A stretch of DNA of 64,000 nt from Podarcis filfolensis (Eukaryota): NCBI GenBank assembly GCA_964270895.1, contig OZ185446.1. The stretch is one strand, 5' to 3'. The position numbers were made by a program, and so were the translations under genes. Shown here in pieces: positions 63,265 through 64,000 of the stretch (its first letter is position 1; each line of letters begins with the position of its first letter). Under the pieces are notes generated by a model. The model made no database searches, was not told where the DNA came from, and saw only the letters and a program-made list of their open reading frames with translations.

Positions 63265-64000
63265 CAGAGGAGGAAAAGTAAGCAGGGGTAGAGCATGGGT
63301 AATGGGATATTTAAAATGCAATTATATGCATGTGCAGAACAATTTGATGCATGTTTTCTCAGAAGTAAGGCTCATTTATTTAGTTGTGGCAGGTGCTGCT
63401 TGGTAAGTTTATATAGGGCTGCAGCTCTAGCCTTCATCCCAGTGCAAGGTTAAGTCAAAGGTGACAGAAGTGGTGCGTTGAACTCAGGGGGCATGTAAAG
63501 AAGTACGTGGAAAACTAGATCTATGGCAATTATAGAGAAGCACTCTAAACAGAAATGAAGGGAACCAAATCAACCATCTCGAACGAGAAACACTCAGATA
63601 CCGAAATGCAGCTAATGAATCCTACACTTGGTGGAGACAGCTGCACGAACGCTCCCTCCCAGGGCTGGAAAGGGGTTTGTTGAATGTCTGGTTTGCTGGT
63701 AAAACTGAATTACTGTGTTGTAAAATGATGCATGTTGAAAAAGTGTGTCACCAACGTGAAAAGTTTGGAAAGCTCTGCTCTGAAGCAATGGCTTGTTCTT
63801 TGAATTTTCCGGCCTAATGTTGTGCCTTCGTCATGCTGTGGACTTGCTGAGCTATAATAACCTGCGGAGGGAGAGCCCAGGCAAGGATATAATGTGCTGG
63901 GCAAGGGAGCTGACTGAACAGTTTCTCCCAGTGACAATCATTTGGATTCATAAATATTTTACAAGTGCAGCTTTCAGATCACTAAATTTTACTGCCACAT

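Overview
Eukaryotic, repeat-rich, apparently intronic or intergenic DNA from a squamate reptile. It is most likely a lacertid lizard (Podarcis-like), judged from the Sauria SINE variant, Bov-B, Squam3-like CORE-SINEs and squamate-type L1/L2/CR1 tails. I recognise no host protein-coding gene, tRNA/rRNA gene or CRISPR array. The longer ORFs are either TE-derived (Bov-B RT C-terminus 33469-34151, L2 tail 51272-51475, L1 C-terminus 34321-34752) or spurious GC-rich frames inside TEs. Many insertions can be delimited exactly by TIRs and target-site duplications read from the sequence. The most unusual structures are: (1) two inverted homologous arms (48626-49562 and about 55410-56736) whose outer ends coincide with a transposon terminus; (2) a composite MITE carrying a captured L2 3' tail (3 copies); (3) a perfect 26-bp hairpin at 49697-49752; (4) a 1.37-kb L1-like element with both ends and an 18-bp TSD but no recognisable ORF2; (5) two solo LTRs with TSDs. 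Several TE-poor blocks carry splice-signal-flanked segments that could belong to an unrecognised gene or lncRNA, but support is weak. Family names come from recalled consensus similarity, not a database search. I see no convincing evidence of a wholly new biological system; the best leads concern TE architecture and possible cis-regulatory or lncRNA sequence.
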